DNA of 63,224 bases, counting the filler, from Pirum gemmata (Eukaryota): assembly GCA_002812295.1 (NCBI GenBank). It is 13 parts of 13 records of this genome, joined end to end, with 100 filler letters (N's around TTAATTAATTAA, not from the genome) between each part and the next. Parts side by side here need not be neighbours in the genome. Positions count along the whole stretch, not along the records: positions 34,949 to 39,571 come from PDIN01001005.1; positions 39,672 to 44,284 come from PDIN01001006.1; positions 44,385 to 49,013 come from PDIN01001007.1; 10 more parts are not named here. One strand, written 5' to 3'. Below are positions 37,301 to 48,757 of this stretch, piece after piece. A program made the translations under genes and the position numbers. A model generated the notes under the pieces. That model did no database searches and was not told where the DNA came from. It worked only from the letters and a program-made list of their open reading frames with translations. Within the stretch, counting starts at the first letter, position 1; the number at the start of each line of letters is the position of its first letter.

Positions 37301-38501
37301 TTAGTGCTAAAATGCCTTTCTACTACTGCTGGTATTCCATCATAATATTTCAAAAGCTGCTGTTGTATAATATACAGCTTGATATATCCGATACTATTAT
37401 CTGATACTAAATTACTATCATAATAGAGTGATATATATATATATATGTAAATAATCCAATTAACGTCTATATATATATATATAGTAAAAAAACGGTTATA
37501 TTATTTAACCGTTTTTTTACTATATATATATATAGACGTTAATTTGATTATTTGCATTCTTATTATAAATAGTATTTAAGAATGCAAATAATCAAATTAA
37601 CGTCTATATATATATATCAGATATATGGATGATAAGGATGTCTATCGATACTACTATCGAGTGATATCTGATATCATAGTCAAGTAGGGGAGCGCCAGGA
37701 ATCAGGATACTACTAGTCTAGCTATACTACTAGTACTGTCTACGTTATCAGATTGATTGTATGATAGAGGCTACAGTCTATCAGATACCCCTCTCTAAGA
37801 CTAGTTACCTGGTCTTACCTGGTCTACCCCTTGCTTTTTTTAAAAAATATTATGATAGACTATGATAATATTATAATAATTATATATCCCCATCAACTCC
37901 TTCCTACCCCTAAGCCCCTTAGTAGTACACTAACCTAAACAGTAAATAAATTACATAATCATATAATATATAATACAGTATACAACTAATATATTTATAT
38001 AATTTTAATTAATTTCATTTACACCAATATGATAATATTATATGCATATAACGTTTAAATAATTAATAAATTGTTGAATGGTATTTAATGGTATTTTTAG
38101 AAAATAATGTAAGTTTTAAATAATTGATTCTTCCGTGGTCTCCAGTGTTCTTCTACATACCCTTACAACGCCGAATATTTTTCTAATGATTTAATTTTTA
38201 TAACCGTTAGTCATAGTTTTGTCAATTTCCCGATTCTGGTGTTCAAGTTTGCCCTTTTAACAAGATCTTTGGGAACTTAATACATGATGAATTAAAGAAT
38301 CACCACTTAAACTTAAAGATTTTGTAGTCGAATTTATCTCAGTCCCAAGTTAAAATTTGAACTCGCCGGTGCGTGTCCTAATTCTGTTCTATAACTAATT
38401 ACAGTGTGCATCTTACTAATGGTCATCTTGTCAATTTTTATGTCACGGTTCGATAAAAAGGTTTTGTCCTTTATATAATTAATAATATTACAGAACTTAA
38501 A

Positions 38502-39545
38502 TTAGATACCTCTTTTTTTAACCAAACCACGACCTTGCTTTTTCAACTCTTCAACACTTCCAACCCCCAACAAGCCTAGACCAACCTGCATTTCCTTCCG
38601 TAGAATTCTAAAGGCGGTTGCTAAACCATCGCTCCCTCCAGCACTTAACCCATAAATATAGGCTTTCCCAAGACCCACGCCATCAGCTCCTAAAGCCAAC
38701 GCCTTTATAATATCAGTTCCACGGGTGATACCGCCATCTACAATAATACATACGTTATTCACTTTGTTACACTGAGGGTTATTTACAGCCATTTCTTTAA
38801 CTTTTCTATCCACAGCAGCTTTAATATCTGCCAATACCGCCAGCGCAGGGACACTGCCATCGAGTTGACGAGCACCATGGTTACTGATAAAGGGGAAAAC
38901 AGAAAAATTAGGATTCAAAAAATCGGAATGATAATCGAAATAACAATAATAATGATACTAATAGCAATAACAATGATAATAATAATAATTCAGTAATGAC
39001 TGGTGATCAACATTTGAAAATACATAAGAGATAAAATCAAAGCAAATAAAGAAAACAAAACAAAACAATAGCAAATACAAGAACAAGAACAACAACAAAC
39101 AAAATCTTCAATATAAATACATCGAAAATTTTAATAATAAAACCACGAACCTGATCCAAATGGTATCAATTCCCATTTCCACAGCTTTTTCTGCTATATC
39201 AGGTCTAACGACACCTTTTAAAGCCATAGTTCCTTCCCAATTGTCACGTAGCCATTGAATATCATCCCAATTAAAAGACTGATCAAACGCACCACTCCCG
39301 AAAAATTCACCCAGTGTTCCAAAACCGGGTATTAAACTCATCCCAATCGGTTTGGTGCTCATATAATCCCAGGACCAAGGCAAGTACTTAATTCCATCGA
39401 AAACAACAGAGGGTGTAGCCTTTGGGGGTATGGTGGGACTTAACCTCTGACAAGCTTCCCGGTTACCAAACCATGTTAAATCAACGGTCATAATCAGAGA
39501 TGTGAAGCCTTGCTTTTTAGCGCGGACGAGTAATTCTTTAATCAT
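38502..39545 (-). CDS. FMN-dependent alpha-hydroxy-acid oxidase/dehydrogenase (glycolate oxidase / L-lactate dehydrogenase family), last two exons
   Basis: Exons 39545-39151 and 38883-38502 join across a GT-AG intron (39150-38884) to give IWIS-NHGARQLD. Also present: TVD, LKGV and DGGITRGTDIIKALALGA. The 5' part lies in a gap. Confidence 0.92.
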
Positions 39546-40501
39546 CTTTATTATTATTATTATTATTATTANNNNNNNNNNNNNNNNNNNNNNNNNNNNN
39601 NNNNNNNNNNNNNNNTTAATTAATTAANNNNNNNNNNNNNNNNNNNNNNNNNNNNNNNNNNNNNNNNNNNNATTATTATTATTACTATGATATTTCCTAG
39701 CCCATATCTACTAGTAGCTAGCTAGCTAGAGCTTTCCGATAGAGCTTTTTCAATTATCATAGCTAGCTAGCTAGGGAGCGTTCCAATAATACGTCACATC
39801 AAGGGGTAGGTAAGGTGGTATTTGACCGGAAATCAACGTCGAGGAGTAGGTAGGTAGGGGTGTTTGAAGCTGTATTTGACCGGAAATTGGCGTTACGTAG
39901 TATTTGAACGCTCCCCTACTAGCTAGCTAGCTAGACTAGCTAGATAGTAGAAAGAGTAGAATGAACATTCTGCTAGTATTCTGCTCTAGCTAGGTAGATA
40001 TGAAACGCATCACTTTTGCGTCACAATTTTTAGGCTACCTAGATTTCATTTTTTTTTTTTTCGTTGTCTTTTTCATTTACCCGTCGCACCTTTTTTTTAT
40101 TATTATTATTTTTTTTTTAACTACCAAGAGTCTACCAATGGCGAAATCTGCCATATGAGCTCAAATCCAAAAAATCTCAAAATAATCCAATTTTTTTTAA
40201 GTAAAGTACTATCAAATTTTGAGGTACTTTTGAGAAATCGTCTAAGTAATAAAACTCTATTATGAACCAACGACTAGTTTTTAAAAATAATTTGGCTAAT
40301 TTTAATATTAAAGGTTTTAGAAAAGAAGTCTAATAATACAGTATAATACTCTAATAATAATAATAAAAAGATTTCTACGGTTTTATCCGGCTTGGCTATT
40401 AAAAAAAAACCCCCCTTTATCATATTTAGGTCTATTATTTATTTCTCAGTTATTTATTTATTTTCATTTTGTTTTTCGATCAAACAAACTGTGTTACAAA
40501 C

Positions 40502-40535
40502 CAAGGACTTCAAAGTTCTTTTTTTGAAGTCCTTG
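40502..40535. mobile_element. Micro-MITE (34-45 bp, TIR CAAGGACTTCAAA, 7-bp TSD)
   Basis: TSD TACAAAC on both sides. Copies at 35548-35590, 35614-35647 and 45777-45820. Confidence 0.7.
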
Positions 40536-41366
40536 TACAAACACACAGATCATCAAACACACTCGCAAAAAAGGTATGGCATATTATTACTATGACATAT
40601 CTGAAAAAAAAAAAAAAAAAAAAAAAAAAANNNNNNNNNNNNNNNNNNNNNNNNNNNNNNNNNNNNNNNNNNNNNNNNNNNNNNNNNNNNNNNNNNNNNN
40701 NNNNNNNNNNNNNNNNNNNNNNNNNNNNNNNNNNNNNNNNNNNNNNNNNNNNNNNNNNNNNNNNNNNNNNNNNNNNNNNNNNNNNNNNNNNNNNNNNNNN
40801 NNNNNNNNNNNNNNNNNNNNNNNNNNNNNNNTATAATCTTTAAATTGACATTTTTAAATCAATACATAGATAATAAAATATACCAAATTAAATTAAATGG
40901 ATTTATATTTTATTAATTTGGAACTATTTATTGTATATTTTATGATGACAAAACAACTGAAAAGCACGATATTAGTGAGAAGTTGGAAGTTGAAAGACTC
41001 GAACAGAAACAGAACTGGAACAGTGGAACGGCAGGTTTGGATTCGGAATCGATTTTTATTAAAATTATAAATATATACAAATAATTATTATGTAAATAAT
41101 ATACAGAATATGATACTCCTTAGCTTTACCGCGGACTTATATGATATCAAGCGATACATGATATGATATGATGCATAAAACATCTCGGGACCTCGGGTTG
41201 TAAGGGAGTGTTCGAATAATACGTCACGTCAAGGGGTAGGTAGGTGGGTGGTATTTGACCAGAAATTATCGTCGAGGGGTAGGTAGGCAGGGGTATTTGA
41301 AGCTGTATTTAACCGGAAATTGGCGTTACGTAGTATCTGAACGCTCCCTATTATCCGATAGACCTA

Positions 41367-41548
41367 TCGTGCTTTTCATTTATTCTGTCACTACGAATAT
41401 TTATTTGGAGGGTTATAATCTTTGTTTTGACATTTTTAAATCAATATATAGATAATAAAATATACCAAATTGAATTAAATGGATTTATATTGTATTAATT
41501 TGGTACAATTTATTGTATATATAATGATGGCAAAACAGCTGAAAAGCA
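41367..41548. mobile_element. MITE family C (about 180 bp, TIR TCGTGCTTTTCA, TA-flanked)
   Basis: Copies at 1771-1942, about 7090-7235, about 8425-8578, about 23760-23920, about 36340-36521, 40832-40969, 43714-43902, 44163-44284 and about 53600-53730. An internal TACCAAATTA/TAATTTGGTA inverted motif is shared. Confidence 0.8.
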
Positions 41549-41912
41549 GTATAGCTAGCTAGACTAGTTGTAGGTCTAATAAATTATTGCTAGTCTAGAG
41601 CTTGTGGTAATCGTAGAAAGTGACGGAATTTGAGTGAACAATTATGATAATAGTAATTATGATTTTTTTTAGGAGACACATTATGACTTTTTGTTTTTTT
41701 AAAATAGAGACTAATACTTCGCTAAAATTGACGCCACGTCGCCACACTAATATTTTTGTTCAGACATGTGTAAATAACCGTAAATATCATAGATCAGCTC
41801 TTCTATCATATGATTCATATCATACTACTTCTTCACTACAAATAATGACTTTTCAAAGCTTTTTTAATAATAATAATAATAAAAACAATATATTAAAAAA
41901 TAATAAAACAAC

Positions 41913-41965
<53 letters not shown>

Positions 41966-44459
41966 TAATAATAATAATTGATCATAATAATATTAATAAT
42001 AGTTTACTAATAATATGATATCAAAAAAAAATTTTTTAATATTTATTTGGTGTATTAATATTAATTAAAAAATTAAAAAAAAAAAGGGGAGGTCATCATG
42101 CTATTGATAGTTCTATTGATTCTAGTCTTTATCAGTTTCTTTATCATACTATTAAAGGCTTTCATACTAAAATTCATAGCCTGCTGGTCAGTGCTGGATG
42201 CCAGTGGATGAGACTATGAAATATTATGAAATACTAAATTAGTACTATTGATAAATACTCCAGTACTTTTGTAGTACTCCAGTATGACTCCAGTATGCCA
42301 GCCTTTTTGCCAGGTCCTAAATACTCAGAGTCTAAAATTCTAAAATACTACTAAAAATACTACTCTAAAATGCAAAAAAGGAATTTAAAGTAACATTTTT
42401 TAGATTATCTATCCAATAGTATACTAGTAATTCTTGTTCTACAGCACTTCTACAACAAGAGTTGACTAGACTAGTTGACTATTGATAAGAGTTGATAGTT
42501 GCAGTTATAGATATCTACTGGAACTTTTTTCGAACAGATGCTTATCGAGCCAACCTTAGTTCCGTGTTCTTTACTAATACTAGCAGTTAAATAGCTTAAA
42601 ATAGTAAATTTAATTATAGTAGATACCAATTAAAGTAATAGTAATAACATTAATAGTAATAAAACCCATAAAAATCGGAAAAGTTCCGGCAGCTGTTCGG
42701 TAATAATAAAATGACGTCATCTCACCCCTACTCAGTTATAGTTGCCCGGAGACCCTGCTAGCTAGCTAGCTATGGTGCTAATAATTTAAAAACGTCCAAC
42801 TTTCGGGTTTCACTAGAATTTTTAGTTTTCGAACATATGGAACATAAGTAATGGTATTTAATAGATTTGAAGTTTTCAAACATAAAAAAAAAAAAAGATG
42901 AAAAGTAGGATGTTTTTAGATTTTTTGCACCATTGCTAGTAGTAGGTACAACCGAGCCCAAGACTAGCTAGCTAGCTAGCTCTGAGACTAGAGTCTGAGA
43001 CTGCAGCTACTACTAGCTATCGATTTTTTTTTTTCTATCATATCATCTAGTTCCATCATTTTTTTTTTTTTTTTATCATATTTATAAAAAAGGAGCAGTA
43101 GATCTAGGTTAACTAGTAGGTTACAGTTATATAGTTTAAAAAAATTAAAGTTGTGTTTTGCTGATTTGCTTCATATTAATTAAATTGTTTGGTATAAGTT
43201 AATGATTTGGTTGTCAGTTGGTTGTGTTTTGCTGTATTTTTCATAATAAGACCATAGTATTATAGTAGTATTATAGTCTATGATGTGTAGAAATATTTGT
43301 TTTGAACCCCTTTAAATTTGTTCCTCGAGATTTGTTCCTAGAGAGTTGTAGTAGTGTTGTAGTTGTTGTTCTCTTTGTTGTTCTGGGTATTGTTGGAGTT
43401 ATCATCTATATTTGGGTTAATTAATATGTAATATTTTTTTGATGTATGTTATTCATTCTAATCTAGTCTTTTAATTACAGTTTTGTGAGTCGTGACGGTT
43501 TTGTCTGTTTTGTCTATGTTTTTTTTAAAAAAAAAATGTGTAGTTTTTGACTTCTGGTGGAAATTCTTTGGAACAATATTGACATTGAAAAGTTGGGGTT
43601 TCGACGTCCACTGTCTGGTTGGTTTTCTTTGGGTTAGTATAGTTAGTATCCATATGTGACTTTTTAGTATTTTCGGTATTCTTTTTGTATTGATTCTTCT
43701 ATTTTTAATTCTAGTGCTTTTCAGTTGTTTTGTCATCATGAAATATACAATAAATAGTACCAAATAAATACAATATAAATCCATTTGATATATTAATTTT
43801 TCGGTATATTTTATTATCTATGTATTGATTTAAAAATGTCAATTCAAAGATTATAACCCTCCAAATAAATATTTAGAGTGATAAAATAAATGAAAAGCAC
43901 GATATCTTTTCCAATTCATGATCATTTTGTCTCATTTTGTTCTATATTCCACAGGTTGTTTAGTTACCGATACAATACTATCGATATCGATATCATACTA
44001 TGATAGTTATGCCATATATATCATAGCTAGTATGCTCTGGCTAGCTAGCTAGTCCTAGCTATCGAAAGCTACAGTAGATAGAGCACCAACTGCTCAAGCT
44101 AACCAGCTATCATAACTACGAGGGATATCATAATCTACACTATTAATTAAATATTAATACTATCGTGCCTTTCATTTATTTTCTCACTATGAATATTTAT
44201 TTGGAGGTTTATAATCTTTAAATTGACATTTTTAAATCAATATATAGATAATAAAATATACCAAATTAAATTAAATGGATTTATNNNNNNNNNNNNNNNN
44301 NNNNNNNNNNNNNNNNNNNNNNNNNNNNTTAATTAATTAANNNNNNNNNNNNNNNNNNNNNNNNNNNNNNNNNNNNNNNNNNNNAATAATAATATAATAA
44401 TAAGAATAAGAATACTTATACGGATAATAATAAGAATAGTAGCAATAATGAAAAATAAG

Positions 44460-44510
<51 letters not shown>

Positions 44511-44938
44511 TGAATATGTAAATATAACAAAAAGCTTACTACGATGATAATTTGACAAACAGCAATAACAATAAATGATGTTGATTGAAGTAGTCTATGA
44601 TAGGAATACCTTGAAAGTCTACGTTGAAGCAGTTTTTCAATAGATAGCTAGAGCTAGCTAGGCTGTTTTTTTAAAAAAACATTTTGCTATTGATAGCTAG
44701 CTCGTATCATACATAGTAGTGATGTAGACTAGTTTACAACTTTACACTTTTTTAGAGTAAAGTTTGTCCTTCTACTACTACTAGCTAGCTAGCTAGCTAG
44801 CTAGGACCCTGAGCTCAGGCCCTACTAGACTACTAGCTAGCTAGCTAGCTAGCTATAGGCTCAGACCTAGCTACTAGCTAGCTAGCTAGCTACTAGCTAG
44901 CTAGCTAGCTAGAGGCTCAGACCCTCGCTGAGTCATTA

Positions 44939-45192
44939 GGGAGCGTTCAAACACTTACGGGTTGGTAGGGGGGGGGTAGAATTTTGTGTGGAAAAAAAAA
45001 AATGAGCTTTTTTTGGGTTTTTTTGAGCTTTTTTTGGGTTTTTTGAGCTTTTTTTGCTTTTTTGAAACGTTACGTCATTATGGGTAGGTCATTTTTCTCG
45101 ATGTTACGATTGTGTGACTTTTGAGTAGGTGGGTAGGTTTTTGCCGGAAATTAGCGTTACGTAGTATGATAGTATGATATTTGAACGCTCCC
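44939..45192. mobile_element. MITE family B (TIR GGGAGCGTTCAAA, TTA/TAA flanks; Tourist/Harbinger-like)
   Basis: TTA on both sides here. Other copies: 39774-39915, 41204-41348, 52428-52534. Partial copies near 6490-6595, 12290-12375 and 12426-12453. Confidence 0.8.
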
Positions 45193-46358
45193 TTAGTAGG
45201 AGTCACTATCTAGCTAGCTAGTAGAGACTGTCACTAGCTAGCCTAGTAGGTAGCTAGCTAGCACTGAGTCAGTATGATACTACAGTAGCTTAGCCAGGTA
45301 GCTTAGCCTGTCTCTAATCATAGCTACTAGTCTAGCTAGTCTATAGACTAGTAGCTAGAGCTAGACTTCACCCTACATTCAAAAAATACAAATCTACACC
45401 AACCCAACTACCCAATTAGTAATAAACCCTAGCTAGCTAATATATTTGATATGTTTTAATTATTAAAAAGTTAAATAAAGTGATTCAATACTAAAACAAA
45501 ACATTCCAAATTAATTTTCGCACCAATAAACAAACCACTTTTCTTCTTGTTCAAAAAGTCATTTTAAAGCTCGATTTAGTTTGGATCAAAAATAGTGTTT
45601 ATTTTTTTTTAAAATATATATATCTATATAAAAAGTAAAATATTTTTTTAAAAAAATGACGAGCCAAGCTGAAATATTCAACTCGAAAGGTTTTAAAACA
45701 TTCGAGCCGAAAGCTTTTTTATTATCATATTATGACACATCTGACACATTATGATACCAAGTGGAACACTGGCTGGCAAGGACTTCAAAAAAAAAAAAGT
45801 CTTTTTTTTTTGAAGTCTTGCTTGGCTATAGATAAGGAAAAAAAAAAAAAAAAAAAATTAATTATTATCATAATATCGTGATTCGTGATTGATCGTTCAC
45901 ATTTCAATATGGGTTGATTATTTTTATTATTTTTTAAAATGCTATTTGTATAAATGATATTATACTATTAAAATTCTTAAAAAATATTCATTTTTTCAAT
46001 ACATCATTATACTATCATTATGATGACTTTATGATGTATAATTGTTAATTTATACATCATAATGATGTATATATATTATATATTACAAATTGGTAACCCA
46101 AAATGGGTGAGACTGTTGTGCTACACTGACAGTACTGAGAATCGATATCTGTATTAATATCTGTGATCAACGTTGGTATGTAGCTACAACTTGATTAATT
46201 TTTTTTCGGAAGTAAAAAAGCGTAATTAACATTACACATACTAGTTACACATTAGCAAAATTTTCTATGATAAAAATGAAGAACCAGGAAAATGTGTCTT
46301 TGACAAAAATATATTTTTATAAGCGATCGTGAATATTATTTATAATATTATTAATATA

Positions 46359-46563
46359 GGGGTTAATGTGGTTCCTTGGTTTAGAGCGGAGTCTCAAAAC
46401 CTAACTAAAGGTTAGCGGTTCGATCCGCTGGCAGCACTGTCAAGTGTCAAAACAAAAAGAAAGGGTGCTACTAGATCCAGTAGCTACCGGAGGGACACCC
46501 CGCTATAATACATCGGAGGTGCTTAACTGAGAACGATGTGCGAAAACTACATAAACAAAAAAA
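46359..46563 (+). mobile_element. tRNA-derived SINE-like element
   Basis: A-box-like TGGTTCCTTGG (46369-46379) and B-box GGTTCGATCC (46417-46426) inside an AGCGG/CCGCT stem, then a non-tRNA body and an A-rich tail. No clean acceptor stem. Confidence 0.6.
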
Positions 46564-47047
46564 TATATATTATATATTATATCTTGCTTTTCATTTATTT
46601 GGTCACTCTGAATTTTTCCGAAATATATGGAACCAGATTTGGGTCTTTCGGCCCTTGGTCTAATATTTATATATTACAGTTGTCCTCTCAATCTTTAATT
46701 TAGTCCTGTTTAATTTAAGTGATAATTGAACTTGTTTATAAGTATAAAATACAAAAATAATTAAAACATGTTTGATAGTTTAATTAAAACCATAATCAAT
46801 ATTAATATTGTATATAATACATATATTAATTAATACGTACCCTTACTAAACTATATGATATTAAAACTAAGTAGCTACATGTAATTAATTGACATTATTT
46901 TCTAATTACAAAATATTTAGAAGAAAAAAATTAATATCTAGTACTACGTATACTAGCTAGTATTAATATATATAATTATTACAAATGGATAATTATACGA
47001 GTATTTTATTATTCTTTTATTGTTAATATCTGTAAACAATATGAAAT

Positions 47048-48757
47048 CTAATTAGACGGTGCTGACCATGATTTTCTAGTTCCTGTTTTCTGCTTGATTT
47101 TTAAAGTAGATTTCCATTTTTTGGAACTTTTCTCTGGGTTACTCTTACTTCTTCTTTCTCTGTCGCTAGGGTATCCATTATCCCATTCTTTACTTTCTTC
47201 TTTAATGTGTTCTTCAACAGAAGCAAACAACTTAGAATCTATCGGTTCAGATTTGACTCTACTTTTGCCTGTTGGAAATTTAATTGAGAACCTTTTTCTT
47301 GGGAAACGACTTGTTACAGAGCCAGAACTCTTACGCAAACTACTGGTACTATTATTACTAGTACTACAATTACGTGTGCAGGATTGATTAAAAGAAGATT
47401 TACTATTCACACTACCAAAACCTTGCATACTATTTCTATTGCTGTTTGTTTGGGGATCAGTCGTGTTAACTTTATATAACTTTGACGTTTTAGATGATTT
47501 TCGCCTTTGTTTTTGCTTACCAACTTCAGAGGTGGACAAACTATATTTTTGAGAAGAAGGATTATTATGGTTATTTGCTATCGATGAAGTAATGGGAGGA
47601 ACAGGATTCATTGCTGGACTGTCGCTGTTTTTATGATTACTTCGAGCTTTTTCACTTTTTTTTGGCCTTGTATCGAATAGGTTTTCAGGTAAACCACCAG
47701 AACAATGTAGTAAATCTTCAAATGTCAAAAGTGAATTAGAGTTAAAACTATCAACTGGCAACTCTTCATCACTCATATCTGAAAACGACAAAACAGACGC
47801 CTTTAAGTTGGTAATAACACCCTTTTTGTCAATTGAAACTATACTAATATTGCTCTTACTAGAAAGAGAAGAAGATGATATAGTTGATTGCACGATTATG
47901 TTATTTAACTCTGTGTTTGATAAAGAAACAATTGCGTTTTTTAAAACTCCATTTTGGGAAACAAGGACCAGTGTATTTATTTTTTCATTTTCTTCTGTAA
48001 CCTTTTCAAGCTCTCCTTTCTCGTTTTCCTTCTCTGTGGCCGTAACTTGTTTTTCTTTCTCGACAATTTTTTTGTTTTCTATTTCACTATCACTGTCATC
48101 ATTGAACTGATCCCAATTCACATCGTCCATTTGGTCAAATGCTAATGATAAATTCGATGCTGTTAAATCAGTTTCTGATATAGTTTTGACATTTTCCTGT
48201 TTTGATGATTTTCTAGGTATTATATCAACTTCTTCACCAAGCTTACGTATCACATCTTCGATGTTATCATTATTTTCAGGTTTTCGGGTATTATTATGTA
48301 TTAAATTTTGTTCGAGTTCATTTGCTTTTTTCTCATTATTAACATTATCATTATCACCAATTACTACTATATTTTGAGGAAAAGAGGAAAGAATAGCATT
48401 TTTGTTTTTCGTGTTAATTGCGTTTGCTGTGTTAAAATCTGTTACTATTTTACCAACTAAGGCCTCAATGTTATCAATATCAAAGTTTTCTGCTATGCTT
48501 TCTATTGAAATTTGTTGTGGTTGTGGTTCTTGTTTTGATTCTTTAATAATTTCTAATTGACTGTCAGTACTATCACAACTTTCAATACTAACATTACTTC
48601 TACATTCTTTTAAAGTAAAATTTCTTTTTATCGAATCTGTACATGTAAATATGGTAGTAGCACTATCATTTTCGGATTCAATATTATCAGAACAAAAGAA
48701 ATTCTTTTGTGTTTTATTACGTTTTAAATGGCTTTTTAGTTTTATTATTGTAGCCAT
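47048..48757 (-). CDS. Hypothetical Ser/Asn/Lys-rich, probably disordered protein
   Basis: Uninterrupted 569-codon ORF in very AT-rich DNA. No domain recognised. Confidence 0.65.
   Translation of the reverse strand: MATIIKLKSHLKRNKTQKNFFCSDNIESENDSATTIFTCTDSIKRNFTLKECRSNVSIESCDSTDSQLEIIKESKQEPQPQQISIESIAENFDIDNIEALVGKIVTDFNTANAINTKNKNAILSSFPQNIVVIGDNDNVNNEKKANELEQNLIHNNTRKPENNDNIEDVIRKLGEEVDIIPRKSSKQENVKTISETDLTASNLSLAFDQMDDVNWDQFNDDSDSEIENKKIVEKEKQVTATEKENEKGELEKVTEENEKINTLVLVSQNGVLKNAIVSLSNTELNNIIVQSTISSSSLSSKSNISIVSIDKKGVITNLKASVLSFSDMSDEELPVDSFNSNSLLTFEDLLHCSGGLPENLFDTRPKKSEKARSNHKNSDSPAMNPVPPITSSIANNHNNPSSQKYSLSTSEVGKQKQRRKSSKTSKLYKVNTTDPQTNSNRNSMQGFGSVNSKSSFNQSCTRNCSTSNNSTSSLRKSSGSVTSRFPRKRFSIKFPTGKSRVKSEPIDSKLFASVEEHIKEESKEWDNGYPSDRERRSKSNPEKSSKKWKSTLKIKQKTGTRKSWSAPSN

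Noticed and set aside
38100..38470. Possible second RT remnant on the minus strand
   Set aside because: Only faint thumb-region resemblance across several frames, which is too weak without an alignment.
46359..46440. Functional tRNA gene
   Set aside because: There is no convincing acceptor or anticodon stem and no oligo-T terminator. A SINE fits better.
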